Assembly (NCBI GenBank): GCA_964016885.1
Contig: OZ024746.1
Span: forward strand, 11,222,001-11,286,000
Length of the DNA stretch: 64,000 bases
Source: Eledone cirrhosa
Taxonomy: Eukaryota
Reading direction: 5' to 3'
Shown here: piece after piece, positions 40,760-54,480 of the stretch
How the letters are laid out: the number at the start of each line of letters is the position of its first letter
How positions within the stretch are numbered: position 1 is the stretch's first letter
Made by a program: the position numbers and the translations under genes
The notes under the pieces: generated by a model
The model's database searches: none
What the model was told of the DNA's origin: nothing
What the model saw: the letters and a program-made list of their open reading frames with translations, nothing else

Positions 40760-41460
40760 TAGAGATAAAGTTATTGTCATTTATATTAGTATTATTGCCA
40801 AGCTGCGCCTCCGCCACCCCGATCATTTGAACCTCTTTCGTACCTTCATGTCTAAGAACACACTCTAGCTCTGACGACGCAGCCATCGTACTTTGTGTTG
40901 AAGAATTGATCGAAGCCAATCTCGCCGTAAATATATCAGTTACGTTGCCTTTCCTAAATTCTTCTTCTAGCTTTCTAACTAGTTCTCGCTCTAGTCTAGT
41001 TTTGTCTATACCACTTTTTTTACTAAACCTAATCGATTCTACTTTAATCTCTCTTTTCAGGGTGAACCACCATTTGTTGTTGACGATTGCCCACGTCAAA
41101 ACCCGCTTAACCAATTCGGTTCTGGTCTCTGTAGGCTTTGCGCGCCGGAAAGGACGCATTCAGCTTCCAGTAACCGGGTCCCTGTCTATGAATCAGATCT
41201 GAGTCGACTGTACACCACCAACCTACCTTCTGGGTCCAGGAAGATGGTCCGTATCGTGAGGCCCAAGAACAACAAAGTAACTCCTCCTCCATATCCCGAG
41301 CGGTTTGGAGGTAGTACACATTGTAGCAACCGAAAATAGAAGCAAAGGCTCGTATCTCGGAAATTCTGGTCTCGCTGATGGCTACCACATCTATTTTCAG
41401 TGACCTGAGGTGGTTGAGCAAGTGACCTTGCTTCCATGACGACCCCAGGTCACGTGAATT
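40760..41460 (-). mobile_element. L1/Tx1-clade LINE ORF2 AP-endonuclease fragment (frameshifted)
   Basis: HLLNHLRSLKIDVVAISETR, GGGVTLL, DPEGRLVV, GPGYWKLNAS, WW..LKREIK. Confidence 0.8.
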
Positions 41461-41574
41461 TATGTGTGTATGTATGTGTGCATGTGTATATGTGTGTACG
41501 TATATTCATGCATATTAAGTATGCACGTAGCCCTCCAATATGAAGTCACTACTACGCCATACATTCCTCCACAA

Positions 41575-41648
41575 ACATACACATATATATATATATACAC
41601 AGTACCATACAAACATACACACATTTATATATACACAGTACCATACAA

Positions 41649-41687
<39 letters not shown>

Positions 41688-42000
41688 AAGTACCATACAA
41701 ACATACATATATATATGTACACAGTACCATACAAACATACATATATATATATACACAGTACCATACAAACATACATATATATATATATATATACACAGTA
41801 CCATACAAACATACACACATTTATATATACACAGTACCATACAAACATACATATATATATATATATATATACAGAGAACCATACAAACATACATATATAT
41901 ATATATATACACAGTACCATACAAACATATATATATATATATATATATACGCACAGTACCATACAAACATACATATATATACACAGTACCATACAAACAT

Positions 42001-42037
<37 letters not shown>

Positions 42038-42134
42038 CACAGTACCATACAAACATACACATATATATATATACACAGTACCATACAAACATACACACAT
42101 ATATATATATATATATATACACAGAATCATACAA

Positions 42135-42177
<43 letters not shown>

Positions 42178-42410
42178 GTACCATACAAAAATACATATAT
42201 ATACACAGTACCATACAAACATACATATATATATATATATATACACACAGTACCATACAAAAATACATATATATATATACACAGTACCATACAAACATAC
42301 ATATATATATATATATACACAGTACCATACAAACATATATATATATATATATATATACACAGTACCATACAAACATACATACATATATATATATACACAG
42401 TACCATACAA

Positions 42411-42470
<60 letters not shown>

Positions 42471-42518
42471 TACCATACAAACACACACACATATATATAT
42501 ATACACAGTACCATACAA

Positions 42519-42549
<31 letters not shown>

Positions 42550-42902
42550 CACAGTACCATACAAACACACACACATATATATATATATATATACACAGTA
42601 CCATGCAAACACACACACATATATATATATATATATACACAGTACCATACAAACATACATACATATATATATATATATACACAGTACCATACAAACATAC
42701 ATACATATATATATATATATACACAGTACCATACAAACACACACATATATATATATATACACAGTACCATACAAACACACACACATATATATATATATAT
42801 ACACAGTACCATACAAACACACACACATATATATATATATATATACACAGTACCATACAAACACACACATATATATATATATATATACACAGTACCATAC
42901 AA

Positions 42903-42944
<42 letters not shown>

Positions 42945-42994
42945 TACCATACAAACATACATACATATATATATGTATATACACAGTACCATAC

Positions 42995-43027
<33 letters not shown>

Positions 43028-43124
43028 CACAGTACCATACAAACACACACACATATATATATATATATATACACAGTACCATACAAACACACACACATAT
43101 ATATATATACACAGTACCATACAA

Positions 43125-43155
<31 letters not shown>

Positions 43156-43168
43156 CACAGTACCATAC

Positions 43169-43199
<31 letters not shown>

Positions 43200-43217
43200 C
43201 ACAGTACCATACAAACA
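41575..43217 (+). repeat. Compound satellite: ~39 CACAGTACCATACAAACA cores separated by variable (CA)/(TA)n
   Basis: Counted by eye. Solo inverted cores occur at about 44693-44710 and 45090-45108. Confidence 0.92.
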
Positions 43218-43435
43218 TCCGCTTTTGAGTTCAATACACTACCTATCAAACTACACACACCCTCACAATATGAAAACTATTTCACTCCCAGTTCAAATAC
43301 TGCAATGACCTACAAACAAACCTTTTATTCCACCTCACCTTTAACTCAATCTCCCATAACAAAGTTCTTTTCATTTTTGCTCATTGCTATTGAGAGAAAC
43401 AGAAGAGGGGAGGGGAGGTAGGTAGATAGATATAG

Positions 43436-43503
<68 letters not shown>

Positions 43504-43545
43504 GTGTATATATGTATATATATATATATGTATATATATATGTAT

Positions 43546-43592
<47 letters not shown>

Positions 43593-43665
43593 GATATAGA
43601 TATAGATATAGATATATATATATATATATATATAGCAATAATAATCTGTTATTTTAATAAATATA

Positions 43666-43696
<31 letters not shown>

Positions 43697-43959
43697 AAAC
43701 GATCGACTTTCGTCAAATCGGACCGAGGAAACAATGTTCCCGTTGGTCTTTCCAATTGCTAATACTATCTATCGGTCGCAACTCCAGGTAGAAGGAGCAA
43801 CGTGAAATAAAGTGTCTTGCTCAAGGACATAACGCATCGCCTGGTCCAGGAATCAAACTCACAACCTTACGATTGCGAATCCAATTCTCTAAACACTTAG
43901 CCACACGCCTTCACTATATATATATATATATATGTGTGTGTATATATATATATACACAT

Positions 43960-44048
<89 letters not shown>

Positions 44049-44080
44049 TATATATATATATGTGTATATATATATATATA

Positions 44081-44129
<49 letters not shown>

Positions 44130-44192
44130 ATATATATATATATATATGTGTGTGTATATATATATATATATATGTGTGTGTATATATATATA

Positions 44193-44326
<134 letters not shown>

Positions 44327-44338
44327 TATATATATATA

Positions 44339-44441
<103 letters not shown>

Positions 44442-44704
44442 ATATATATATATGTGTATATATATGTGTATATATAACAACTAGAAATTGATTAACATAT
44501 AAATAAACATATGAAACAATCACAGGGGGTAATTTTTACAAGTGTCTAAGCACACATAGCTAGGTAGGTAACTAAATAAAGTTAACTAGAACTTCAAAAA
44601 TAGATACCTTATAATCTGATTAATCTTCCCTGTATATATTCCATTAAAGAAATATATTTCACCAATTAATCGAATGGCAAACCACGGTGTATGCTTGTAT
44701 GGTA

Positions 44705-44788
<84 letters not shown>

Positions 44789-44820
44789 AGATCAAAAGAT
44801 GGTTAAAGGAGTTCCATATA

Positions 44821-44887
44821 TTTTATTATGCGCATTTCAAAAACAAATATCATCAAACAATAATATTTGTGTTTTCATCAGATAAAA
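44821..44887 (-). ncRNA. Type-I hammerhead (family D-like, long stem II)
   Basis: Stem I UUUUAU/AUAAAA, CUGAUGA (44875-44881), ~15-bp stem II, GAAA (44835-44838), palindromic AUGCGCAU stem III, AUA cleavage triplet. Confidence 0.82.
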
Positions 44888-45184
44888 CAGGAGAACATGA
44901 TATGAAGGCTAAAAAACACTTGTTGATAGAGCAGTTTTAAATCAACATATTAACCATCTTTTGATCTTATATTATGCATACTCCAGTCCCACAAACTGTA
45001 GAGTGCTTCTTATCCGATATCTGCATTGCTTTATTGTACTACAATAAAACTCACCTCCTACATATATATATCTATATATATATATATATGTGTTTGTATG
45101 GTACTGTGTATATATTTACATATATGTATATATACATGTGTATATATATATATGTGTGTATATATATATGTGTATATAAATATA

Positions 45185-45250
<66 letters not shown>

Positions 45251-45282
45251 TATACATATTACATACATATCTATATATATAT

Positions 45283-45365
<83 letters not shown>

Positions 45366-45367
45366 CA

Positions 45368-45423
<56 letters not shown>

Positions 45424-45614
45424 GGTTTGAGGTTCACCACTGTATAGAGCTGGTCTATTCCGTATGGTCAATCGTAATGCAATAATATAGAGAGTACTCA
45501 ACGTAAAGCAGTTCAACCCTCTTTGTTTTTGTAGTTGGTGGTGCTATTACGGAGTTAAATATTATAATGAAATGACAGGAGGCTGGATTTGTGTAAATCC
45601 TTGAAAGGTTTATT

Positions 45615-45672
45615 ATACTATGATCATTTCAATGACCGGGTTCCGTATGAATCCGGTGATATCATCAGGTAT
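45615..45672 (-). ncRNA. Type-I hammerhead (family E), minus copy
   Basis: Reverse complement of 46646-46703. Confidence 0.8.
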
Positions 45673-45879
45673 TCGAAATATAATACGTGAATGTAATAGG
45701 TAAAATCCATGGGGCTGAAAATCGAGACCCGAGGGCGACCGCTATTCTGTTCCTTCAACCTCAGCCGGTCGCCCTGGAGTGACGTGGCTAAATTTTATAG
45801 TATGCTACTACCGGTCAGATAAACGAAAACAGAAAGGGATGGGAGCATAAGTTAACATCGATCTCATGACACAAGGTAA

Positions 45880-45918
<39 letters not shown>

Positions 45919-46645
45919 GAAGGAGAGAGAAGAAGGGGGAAGAAAGAAGAAGAGAAGCCAGGGTTAATGTCAGCTAAAAGAAGAAAGGCAACTACTACCG
46001 GTCAGATATAGGCAAGCAAGAGGGGGAAGGAAGATAAGTCGGCAGAAGGAAGACAGGAGGAGGGGAGAAGAGAAGGAAGGGAAGAGAGAGGTAGAAAAGT
46101 AAGGGTTGATGGCTACAAGAAGGAAGATAGAAAGAAAGAGGAAGAAAGGTCGATATTAATGTCAGACCACAGTCAAGCCAGGAGTGGCGCGAGAAAATGT
46201 TCACAGGGACCCGCATCTTAGCAGAGATGAATATATTGGGAGTCAGTGTGTTACAGTGTTTAGACTTCTAGGATGAAGTTAAAAAAATTAATAATCAATA
46301 TTCAATATTAAAGAGGTTAGAAAATTTAAAGTTCAACAGTTTAACATTTAATTATATAATAGTTCCGATTTGTTCTGTAATTTAAAGGTACTATGTGGCG
46401 GTTAAAACACCGGCCGCGCCCCGGGCCCCATGGCGAATTAAGCTACGCCGAGTATTTTCATTTACTGAAAGAAGGGTAAATTTATTTTTCCAAGCACTCC
46501 AGGTGAGCTCGTTCGCCAGGGAGCTGGTCGCGCCGCCATTAAAACCCACCCAACAGTCCGACAGAAAGTTGGAACTTTAAAATTTTGCTTAGAGAAGTAA
46601 AAGAGTAATGGATTTTACCTATTACATTCACGTATTATATTTCGA

Positions 46646-46703
46646 ATACCTGATGATATCACCGGATTCATACGGAACCCGGTCATTGAAATGATCATAG
46701 TAT
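46646..46703 (+). ncRNA. Type-I hammerhead (family E)
   Basis: Stem I AUAC/GUAU, CUGAUGA 46650-46656, stem II ACCGG/CCGGU, GAAA 46688-46691, palindromic AUGAUCAU stem III, AUA cleavage triplet. AATAAA follows at 46704. Confidence 0.8.
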
Positions 46704-46757
46704 AATAAACCTTTCAAGGATTTACACAAATCCAGCCTCCTGTCATTTCATTATAAT

Positions 46758-46919
<162 letters not shown>

Positions 46920-47250
46920 GAGAGAGAGAAAGAGAGAGAGTGTGTGTAGAGTTGCAGCGTATGTACAAACTTTATTGCCATATTAAAACTGTTTCAATAT
47001 CGATGAACTTTTTATGTGTATTTGGACATATAAACTCGCATATCTGACGAGATGTTGAAAAAGAGTTGGGCCGGCATTTTGATTGTACCTTGAACTGATC
47101 AATATTGAAACAATTGTAATATGTCAATAAACTTTGTACATATGCTGCAACACTGACTTCGATTTTACTTAATCTGCACACTACCGCCGCCTTAACTCTG
47201 GAATATATTATATATATATTTATATATATATATAATATATGGAATATATT

Positions 47251-47287
<37 letters not shown>

Positions 47288-47711
47288 CATCATCATCATC
47301 TTCATCATTTTACGTCCGCTTTTCCCTGCTTGCAAGGGTGGGACAGGAACTGATTCTGGCTTGATTTCTACAGCTGGATGCCCTTCCTAACACCAACCTA
47401 TATATAGAGAGAGATAGAGAGGAAGAGGGGGGAGGGAGAACACTGGAAGGTAATATCCGTAGTGGTAGAGCACTCAGTCCATGGGACGAGTTTGGTAGAA
47501 ATAGTAACACAACAGTTAGTTCACCATTCGTTTCGTATGTGTATATATATATACAGTATATATGTATGTATTAAAGAGTTAAACAAGATTCAATGAGTAC
47601 ATCAAAGAATGAGTTTTACAGTAGATTGGAAGCACTCTACAGTGGATATATTCTAGAGTTATTAATATTAATTCAAATTTTAACAAAATAGATATTCGTG
47701 TGATCAATTAA

Positions 47712-47776
47712 ATTTTATTATACATATTTCAGAGGTACTGAATAAAGTTTAACAGTACGTCCTCTTCAGATAAAAT
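47712..47776 (-). ncRNA. Type-I hammerhead (family D), minus copy
   Basis: CUGAAGA (47763-47769), GUACUG/CAGUAC stem II, GAAA-U-AUGU-A-UA, stem I AUUUUAU/AUAAAAU. Confidence 0.8.
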
Positions 47777-48399
47777 AAAATGATACATGACATACCCTGG
47801 CATGTTAGATGGTTAAGATTTAATCAAGGTAGTAATTTTGTTAAAGATTACCTTTGTGGGAATATTGAACATTATATGTATAATTTCTTTCTTTCGCGGG
47901 CTTCGTATTTGTCTTCATAAAATTTTGAATTTTAGAAATTTAACATAATTATATTATAATATTAATACAAATACCCATCAACTTTTAAAACCTAAAATTT
48001 TGATTCTTTACCCTGAAATAACATAAATTAAATATTTTGAAATTTAACCGCCAAAGTTATATGTGTTTATGTTTGTCTAAAGAAATTTGAGCATAAATTA
48101 CTCCCTCTCTTTAATTATCTATTATTTGTCTTCTCAAGCTAAATACTAAATAAGTCATAACTTCAGATACGTCTTCCTCTATACTTTCCTCTACCGCATA
48201 TTTCTATAGTAGTATTTCAAATTCTATAACTGTTGCATTAAGGCAATGTTTTTCTTACTCACACTCTCTCTATTGATTCTATTCCGTTTTCTCATGTTCT
48301 CAATATTAGGGTATAAATATTGAGTTTTCTCATAAGTTAATCACTACCTTGATTAAATCTTAACCATCTAACATGTCATGGTATGTCATGTATCATTTT

Positions 48400-48464
48400 A
48401 TTTTATCTGATGAGGACGTACTGTTAAACTTCATTCAGTACCTCTGAAATATGTATAATAAAAT
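48400..48464 (+). ncRNA. Type-I hammerhead (family D), plus copy
   Basis: CTGATGA 48407-48413, GAAA 48446-48449, ATA 48455-48457, 7-bp stem I. Confidence 0.82.
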
Positions 48465-48504
48465 TTAATTGATCACAAGAATATCTATTTTGTTAATATT
48501 TGAA

Positions 48505-48570
<66 letters not shown>

Positions 48571-48575
<5 letters not shown>

Positions 48576-49080
48576 GGATTTTAATGGATACAGTTTAGTT
48601 AAAAGGAATTTATTGACACGTGTTTCTATAACAGTTACATAACCTGAAAACAGCTGCTATCTACAAAGTATTAGTTATGCAGACATTCAATATTTCAATG
48701 TTATTATCAACTTGGCAGTATCGGTAGAGGGTCGGGCGCCTTTATGATCTGAGTTCAAATCCCGCCGAGGTTAACTTTGCCTTACGGGGTCGATAAAATA
48801 AAGTACCAGTAATGCACTGGGATAATTGCTGGCCTGGTGCCAAAAGTAGAAACAATTATCAACTGTCATTTCATCGGAATAATTTTACTGAGGACCTGTT
48901 TGGTTTTTATAGAGAATATTAGGAGGGAGGGGCGAAGTTGTTAGAAGAATAGTTGAGGGAGTGGTTTTTTGATAGCAGCGAGAATTTTTGGTGGCAGTGA
49001 GTAATTAGATTCCCATCTGTTGTTTTGACATTTTTATAGAATATATTATTGATTATTTTTCTAAATCTATAGAAGGATTA

Positions 49081-49083
<3 letters not shown>
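48571..49083 (-). mobile_element. Family-F pLTR copy interrupted by a SINE
   Basis: Homologous to 1-253. A SINE at about 48712-48855 has TSD ATTATCAACT. Flanked by (TA)n. Confidence 0.75.
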
Positions 49084-49142
<59 letters not shown>

Positions 49143-49233
49143 GAATAAAAAGTGGGGCACACAAAACAAAGACATCGGAAAGGAACGGTCCCTGTTTTTC
49201 AGTCAGTCTCAGGAAATCACGATGGTTTCGGTG

Positions 49234-49271
<38 letters not shown>

Positions 49272-52200
49272 GCACACATGTTTACATTGTTGTGGAAGGG
49301 TTATGCTGCCAATAGACACACCGGTTGAGTCACATTCAGATAATCAATTCTTCATCAACCAGATAGTTAAACAAGTAATTAATTTATTGTCAAAGTCCTT
49401 TCGTCACACTGTGACCTTATCGATCATACTTGCCCTTTGTGTCTCTTCTTCGTGTGTGGTTGAGGGCTGAGAGACAGGAGTACTCAATATCGAAGTAGAG
49501 TTTTAATATTCATTTTATTAAGGCTAAATACTCTGGAGTTTCGCCTGTTTATCACGTGATTTTCCTCAACCTATCAAATTGTACTTCAAACATATACCAA
49601 TCTCAGCCACAATTTTTGCATAAAACTCAAAAAAATTCCCAATATCAGTTAGATGTAAGTTACAAGTCGACATAGCCACACATTTTTCCATCTCTCTTAA
49701 CTTTTGATAATCATGACACTTGTGAAACCGGTAAAGTTATAAATGATTGTAAATAAAACTCCTTTAAAATTCATATATATATATATATAATTTCAGCGAG
49801 ATCGAATTTCGGCTGTGGTCGAAAACAAAGCGAAACGCAATATCCGAGTTATGCTGACAAGCGCTCCATGGACCAAATAAAGACCAGAGCAATAAACATA
49901 GGTTATAAAGGCCAAACAAACTGAGATGGCGGTCAAGAAGCCATCAACCACCTAAGCCAAAAAGACGAGGCAAGCCAAACAGGTCAAACAAAATTATATA
50001 TATATATATAAAGTAAAAATGTGAACATACATTGAAACCTACGCATACATAGTGGAAATTAAACAGAGCAGAAAGTTGAAATATCTTGAAAAATTGTGGA
50101 GAACTTGTTCAAATATGATATACAAGTTTTGCAACTACACACCTCTTTTTGTTCCTTGTCATATGTTGTGTATTGGGGGTAAAATATTCATTTTTTGTAC
50201 TATACTTGCTCTATTTAATTATGTTCGTTATTCATGTGTCTTTATTAAACAGTTCTATAAACACCACCTTGTTGTTAAGAAAGTAGTGTGGCCGACATTA
50301 GACGGCGCTGAAGCTCTCGGCAGGCCGAGTTCATTGTAATGTTGGTGTGTTCGATTTCCGGTTAGGCCGTTGTACCACATTGGGTTAATAAGTCTGTTGC
50401 TTTGATTGAATTAAACTCGTGGAATAATTTGTGCACATAACTACAAAACAAACTACACGCTCAGATATACAAGCACTTGTCACGTGCTCACAACGGTCTT
50501 ACCGGATTGGGGCGGCCTATGTCGTCAAGGATTACATAGGTTTGCTACGGAGAAGGAATAAGAGTGTGACTTACATAACCGAATCTTAGGAAATACCAGA
50601 CCTGGAATTTCATAGGCCAAAGATAGCCCTCACCACCGCACACTGTGATGGTGCGATCTGATAAACTTCTGGCACAAGCAACAAAAGACCGATGCAATGT
50701 GCGTGGTGATGGGATTGATGGAATGGAGAAGGGACATTTTTGTGGAGGTTCGCAAAGTTTATGCAGTAAGGAATTTAATGCTAAACAGGCGACAAATGTG
50801 AAAGCTTTTTCTGCGGGAGTGTTACATGAGTGCTAATTATACAGAAAAGTAATGGCCATGAGGATTCCGCAATGTACGTAGAAAAATAATTTAAGTAAGG
50901 GGTTGAAAGGGTCGGACGAAGAAGAAGAAGAATTCCAATAAATAATTGTTTCTACTTTTGACATAAGGCCAGTTACTCAGTGTATTACTGGTACTTTATT
51001 TTATCGACCCCGTAAGGATGAAAGGCTAAGTTAACCTCGGTGGAATTTGAACTCAGAATGGCAAGGGCCGTAACTCTATGCGTCAAAGCATGGCGTCCGA
51101 CCCTCTACCGATACTGCCAATCCACAGCCTTATAAATAATGGTTTCTTATTTAGGCACAAGGCCAGCAATTTGGGAGGAGGGGAGTCGATGAAATTGACC
51201 CCAGTGCGTGACTGGTACTTTATTTTATCGACCCCGTAAGGATGAAAGGCAAAGTTAACCTCGGCGGGATTTGAACTCAGATCATAAAGGGCCGTAACTC
51301 TATGCGTCAAAGCATGGCGTCCGACCCTCTACCGATACTGCCAATCCACCGCCCTTATAAATAATGTTACGAGGACTGGAGGGAGGAGGTAAATCTATAA
51401 ATAAAATAAAAACAGAAATAAGTGTAAGATCTAAGATATCGTAGTTTTACTTCATTAAAAATACTGTGGAAGTATAAAAGGTTTATTGTAGACAATGATA
51501 AGGCACACTATCGACTTTCAATTGCCTAAAAATCACCGAAGGAAGTAAAGAAAGAAAGATGAGTAACTTATTGTTTACTATTTCTCGGTGAAAAATCTGG
51601 AAACTAATTTAACTTTGTTGATCAAAACGTTCGTTAGATTAACCGACTTCCTGTTTAGAATTGATAGAGCTCACGTTTTCTTTATTGAAGAAACGGAGAA
51701 GGTTGAAGTGTGGAGGGATTCTTTGTCTCTACTAAAGTCCAGCTGTTCTGATTGATGTTAAAACCAAAGTATTACTATTTGTCTTTACGAATCCCAGTTG
51801 TTGGTGTTGCTATTACTGTTCTTGTTGTTGTTGTTGTTGTTGTTGTTATTTAGCTCCTGGGTCAACCCTGATCGAGCAAACTTATTATCAGAAGTGTTCC
51901 AGCCATGACCGTCCTGGTTTTTATGTATATCATGAATTATATTGATAACAGTACATGCCTGGTGGTTATTTATTGAGAGTAGAAAGAAGACATATTTGAA
52001 GTTAATATGTTGAGAGATAAAGCTTAACGTGGTGAAGTATTTAGTTCAGTTGTCAAACGTTCCTGGCATACCACCGTATAGTCATAAATAATTGCTTGTA
52101 TAAACAATATTTTCTTTATATACTTTGTAAGGCGGCGAATTGGCGGAGTCGATAGAACGTCGGATATAATGCTTCATGTTCGTTCTGGCTCTCGGAGTTC

Positions 52201-53130
52201 AAATCCCGCCGAGCTCAACTTTGCCTCTCATTCTTTCGCTGTCAATAAATAAAGTACCAGTCTAGTCAATCAATCGTCAATATCCCAGACCTCATTTGCT
52301 TACCGAGTTGGGTGGAGCTCATCAAATCAGACCAAGGAAACATTATTTCTATTGGTCTTTCCATTGCTGATACTATCTACCGGTTGCAACTCCAGGCAGA
52401 AGGAGCAACGTAAAAAGACGTAACGCATCGCCCGCTCTGGGAATCAATCTCGCAACCTCACGATTGCGAATCCAATTCTCTAACCACTAAGCCACCCACC
52501 TTCATTTGTACTTGATCGGTTTTTCCTCTCTCTCTTTCTTTCATTTTTTTCTCACACACTATCACCATATCTTTCTCTGGAAAAGATTGACTATGCTCAG
52601 ACCTGGAGAGAGGTGTTCTCCGCCAGTTGTAAACCCTGAAGACCCACCGTATATCACTATTACCGCACCAAGAGTCAAGAGTCCCATGGACCATGGACTT
52701 TTACCTGATAAATCAAACAATATTTTTTCATTAACTATTCACTTATCTGATAAGTGACACAATAGTGTATTTTGTTGTGGCGTATCACCACTTTACTTTC
52801 ATTACAGCTATTTCAAGGTGTGATAGCAAAATTATGTCAACTCTTAACTTGTGAATGTATGGGTGCAAATATATGTTTGTGTGTATATATATATATATAT
52901 GTCGATCGACTTTCGTCAAATCGGACCGAGAAAACAATGTTCCCGTTGGTCTTTCCAATTGCTAATACTATCTATCGGTCACAACTCCAGGTAGAAGAAG
53001 CAACGTGAAATAAAGTGTCTTGCTCAAGGACATAACGCATCGCCCGGTCCGGGAATCGAACTGACAACTCACGATTGCAAATCCAGTTCTCTAACCACTC
53101 AGCCATGCGCCTTCATATATATATATAAAT

Positions 53131-53180
<50 letters not shown>

Positions 53181-54064
53181 TGTGTGTGGGGGGGGGGGGG
53201 GGTTAAATTGGGCCCCGTTGTCCAGGTTAACAGATAAGCCGGACGAATTCTGATTTAAGACAGTGACTGTCGCAGTTAAATCCGTTACCATCTTTTAGTA
53301 CCAGTGTTGTAATGGGGTGTATTTTGTGTGAGTCATACATATCCACCAAAGATTATCAATTATCATAAATATTTAACTTACTCAATAATATGGTTTCTGA
53401 TTTAGGCACAAATAATAATAATGATAATAATAAGTTTTTCTACATTTGGCACAAGGCCAGCAATTTGTGGGGATGGGGAAAGTCGATTAAATCGACCCCA
53501 GTTCGTTACTGTTACTTTATATATTATCAACCCCGTAAGGATGACAGGCAAAGCGAACTTTGGTGGGATTTGAAATCAGAACGTAAAGAGCCGTAACTCT
53601 GTGCTGCTAAGCATGTTGTCCGACGCTCCACCGACACTGTCAATCCACCACCCTCAATAATGATAGTAATAATGATAATAATAATAATTCTACTTTGGGC
53701 ACAAGGCCAGCAATTATCTCAGTGTATTACTGGTACTTTATTTTATCGACCCCGTAAGGATGAAAGGCAAAGTTAACCTCGGCGGGATTTGAACTCAGAT
53801 CATAAAGGGCCGTAACTCTTTGCTGCAAAGATAGGCACAAGGCCAGCAATTTTAGGGCAGGGGAAAGTCGATTAAATCAACCCCAGTGCGTGACTGGTAC
53901 TTTATTTTATCGATCTCGTAAGGATGAAAGGTGAAGCTAACCTCGGCGGAATTTGAACTCAGAACGTAAAGCGCCGTTACTCTATGCCACGAAGTATGGT
54001 GTTTGACACTGCTGATACAGACTACCCACCGCCCTTTGTTTACTCAATAATATAGTCATGGATC

Positions 54065-54173
54065 CAGTGGCGGACTGTCCAGGTTGCCATGTTGGAATCA
54101 GTGGTTGTACATTCTACTAAATCTAAAGCTTAGTGTATTCATTCATGCATGCAAACATACATATATAGACACA

Positions 54174-54214
<41 letters not shown>

Positions 54215-54446
54215 TTGTTTCTACTTTAGGCACAAGGCCACCAATTATCTCAGTGCATTACTGGTACTTTATTTTATCGACCCCGTAAGGATGAAAGGCA
54301 AAGTCAACCTCGGCGGGATTTGAAACATACTTACACACGAACTACTGACCAAATATTTGGTATCAATGGGTTAAAGACATCTGTCAAATCAATTCGTGGT
54401 GAAGGTGGTGTATACATATATATATATATACTAACTGACATGCAAA

Positions 54447-54480
<34 letters not shown>

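Larger units (their letters stand above)
45421..46757. mobile_element. Non-coding element with 150-bp inverted repeats each carrying a hammerhead (family E)
   Basis: Arms 45561-45710 and 46608-46757; a 140-bp extension on the left; (TA)n on both sides. Confidence 0.85.
47572..48511. mobile_element. Family-D element with ~170-bp inverted pLTRs flanking ~510 bp of AT-rich DNA
   Basis: Arms at about 47665-47833 and 48343-48511; the left extension matches 26700-26795. Confidence 0.82.

Noticed and set aside
41575-43217. CRISPR-like repeat-spacer appearance
   Set aside because: The spacers are microsatellites rather than unique sequences, the context is eukaryotic, and there are no cas genes.
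47183-47205. Twister-like start CCGCCTTAACTC
   Set aside because: It runs straight into AT microsatellite and the rest of the motif is absent.
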